Assembly: GCA_026023565.1 (NCBI GenBank)
Contig: JAPETS010000019.1
Coordinates: 248,001 to 312,000, forward strand
DNA: 64,000 nt
Origin: Cirrosporium novae-zelandiae
Lineage: Eukaryota
Direction: 5' to 3'
This document shows, one piece after another, positions 61,654-64,000 of the stretch (within the stretch, counting starts at the first letter, position 1; every line of letters begins with the position of its first letter). The notes below the pieces were generated by a model, which did no database searches, had not been told where the DNA came from, and saw only the letters and a list, made by a program, of their open reading frames with translations. A program made the translations under genes and the position numbers.

Positions 61654-62395
61654 CCCCTTACATGTAAGTAATTCGCCTACCCCGCTGCTACTTAGAAATA
61701 GCATACCACCCCTCTACGGTGTATGGAAGCGCACGAGAACATGCGTGGTGCCAAAGAATGTCCCCTCCAAATCTCTGACGATATATTCAAAGAGGCTCGT
61801 ACATGTACTGTACAGTACAATGGTTTCAAACAAGGTAAGATTTCTAGATACACTTTCTACCGAAAACGAATCTAGTAGCTTTCAAACAAAATACTAACTG
61901 ATCAAGGTCTTGCCTGCCACATTGTGAATCTGCTGCCATAGCCTAGGTCTGTCGTATTTTAACATCGATCACTGAGAGACTAGCCTAACCAACCTGGGCC
62001 AAAATATGGAGTTTCTTCTTCTTCAATTAACTGAGAAGGGTCGACACAAGATGCAATGGTGGTTGAGGGTGGCCAGGTGTGTCGCACTCTAGGCGACCCA
62101 GATAGGTCATCTAGCTTGGAGGTTACTTGGAGGTTGCTTGGCATCTGCCTTTCCTCGTTTTCCATAAACGCGGCGAGACTTAGTTGGAGTGGTATAAAAC
62201 CTATAGGATTAAAGTTGGGTTTCGGTTAGTTGTATATAAAGCATGGACAAAAAGAATGGGTTGCTGGTATTTGAGTGGGCTATTGATATTGAATTATCAA
62301 AAGCTGACCAGGTCACTGAGTAACCTAGTATTGAATGGTATATGGGAGCATAGTATAGTGAGGAAGTCAGCATAAGAAACGGCACTTCATTCTAC

Positions 62396-63105
62396 CTAAC
62401 TGAAGATCTTTTCACTATACTTTCGTTGATAAGCTGTAGCAACACGATCCATTGTTGCAGAATCCGGTAGCACGTCGAACTTATTCGCATTCATCCTCCG
62501 AATATAGTTGCTGTCCAGCGGTCCATTCTGCTTATCTCTCAGGTGTTTTAATATCGCAATAGCGTCATGCAGATCAAATTCGGCTTTTCGTCCTCTGTCT
62601 GCAGAATATATCCTTCTTAACTTTCGTTCCAAAGCCCATTCAAGTGGCGCTGCAAGAACATGAAGGTTTGGCCCCTCCCAAAGGATAATATTTTGTTCCA
62701 AGGCTTGCTCAAAAAGCTCCACTCTAGATGTCTTGGTGATGAATAATGCCAAATCTTCATTGATCCACTGATCATTGAACTGCAGCTTTCTTCCCACTTT
62801 CTGTATTGCTTCATGAAGGGGTTCTTTGATATCATTGTCCTGTGCCCACTCGGGATCGAGAAGGTAATCGATATCGCCAGTAGCGTCGCGACTTTTGAGA
62901 AAAGAAACCGCAAGAAAGCCACCAGCGGTAATGATTCTGATAGGTGAAAATGCGTAGAGAAAAGCATCCTTTCCTATTTCTATGTCAAGGGCTTCAAGAC
63001 CTAGGGCAAGAGGTGAGTGAGAGGAGACATTTGAGAAAGTTCACCATCTAACTCACCATTTTGAAAGTCCGCCGCATTGAGTAGCTCCTTGTTGTGGTGG
63101 GGCAT
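62396..63105 (-). CDS. Putative Pol-beta-fold nucleotidyltransferase (AbiEii/MenT-like), 217 aa; 2 exons
   Basis: Exon 1 63105-63057, intron 63056-63001 (GTGAGT..CTAG), exon 2 63000-62396, 654 nt in total. Reads IITAGGFLAV..RDATGDIDY (hGG..TxDxD), WINED, WALERKLRR, DLHDA. Confidence 0.75.
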
Positions 63106-63469
63106 CGCAAGCAGTGTTTTGGGTTGTCAAGTTGGATAAGTTAAGAGTTGTCGTATTAGAAGTATACTACGAATCATCATTATCATAATGCGTTATCATA
63201 ATACATGATGGAACACAACCACGTTGTTCAGTCGAGCTCTCATGGTTGCTAATGAACTGGTGAGGCGGGATGGTGGGGGAGAGGCCTAATATTTGCCATG
63301 CACGTGCCACGCCCTTAATTGCATCGGGGGTCTAGCTCTCCGCAGCATAAGTTACATTAAGTTCCACCGAGTTCACACAATATTGCAGTCTTCGTAGAAA
63401 GTATCATTCAACCTACCTAGTCACCTGGTTCTCCTTTGTCAATCTTAACAATAGATATTTTTCCATTCA

Positions 63470-64000
63470 ATGGCCCGTCGTCGTCCCAAAATCACTTGGT
63501 GGATGCGAATTCGTCGATTCATCTATCATTTCCATTCTCCCTTTCATTTGCGCTCGAGTATTATTCGATTAAGTCATCATCACAAACGACCATACCTCAC
63601 CCTTCTACGTCTCTTTATACCATTTCCATCTTGGTATTTTCCAGTCCCCGATCCTGTTGCCCTCCAAAATATTTTCGAAAACCCATCCTTACTTCGTTCT
63701 CGTTTGGGAGACATTGTCAATCTACGAACTATTCCTATATGGCGTGCGCGCGATACCCCCCTTCGCTCCCTCTACCGTCTTTATGAAATAATGGCATCAG
63801 GGCATTATGTCCTGATGGGGGCAGAAACAGAATATTTCTGGTATCAATCTCGGAAGCAGTGGGAATTACATTCAATTGAGGACCCTAAAGATCCAGATCC
63901 TGTGCGATATGCTATATTGGCTTGCTTAGTAGAAGAGCTGACCGTTGCCTTTAATTGGAGACTAAGTCTTGGTATGCGTCGAAACGGCAAACATTTCTAT
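63470..64000 (+). CDS. Hypothetical protein divergent from the nucleotidyltransferase; runs off the window end
   Basis: 177 stop-free codons from ATG 63470: MARRRPKITWWMRIRRF..PFPSWYFPVP..RDTPLRSLYRLYE..EYFWY..DPKDPDPVRYAILACLVEEL..AFNWRLSLGMRR. Absent from the ORF track because there is no stop inside the window. Confidence 0.75.
   Translation, partial: MARRRPKITWWMRIRRFIYHFHSPFHLRSSIIRLSHHHKRPYLTLLRLFIPFPSWYFPVPDPVALQNIFENPSLLRSRLGDIVNLRTIPIWRARDTPLRSLYRLYEIMASGHYVLMGAETEYFWYQSRKQWELHSIEDPKDPDPVRYAILACLVEELTVAFNWRLSLGMRRNGKHFY

Overview
Intron-containing DNA from a filamentous ascomycete (GT..AG introns with CTRAY branch sites). The window has two parts. The first ~27 kb is a core block: a mitochondrial oxoglutarate/dicarboxylate carrier, RMT2, a dienelactone-hydrolase/SnoaL-like gene, a divergent RNA15-PHB2 pair, an apparently intact DNMT5 (C5 methyltransferase + SNF2 + RING), an NMN adenylyltransferase and FMP52. 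From ~27 kb onward it is accessory DNA: a complete but inactivated hAT transposon (23-bp TIRs, 8-bp TSD) just upstream of a secreted PhlG-like (DAPG hydrolase) gene, a divergent flavin monooxygenase/MFS pair, a decayed hydrolase-NACHT-ankyrin NLR, an intron-containing tRNA-Gly(GCC), a HET-domain gene, two broken APH-like kinases and a dispersed inverted-repeat family. At the right edge is a compact head-to-head pair: an AbiEii/MenT-like nucleotidyltransferase and an unannotated partner ORF missing from the ORF track. That pair, a possible fungal toxin-antitoxin-like module, is my best candidate for an undescribed system. All family assignments are from motif recognition by eye; no searches were run.
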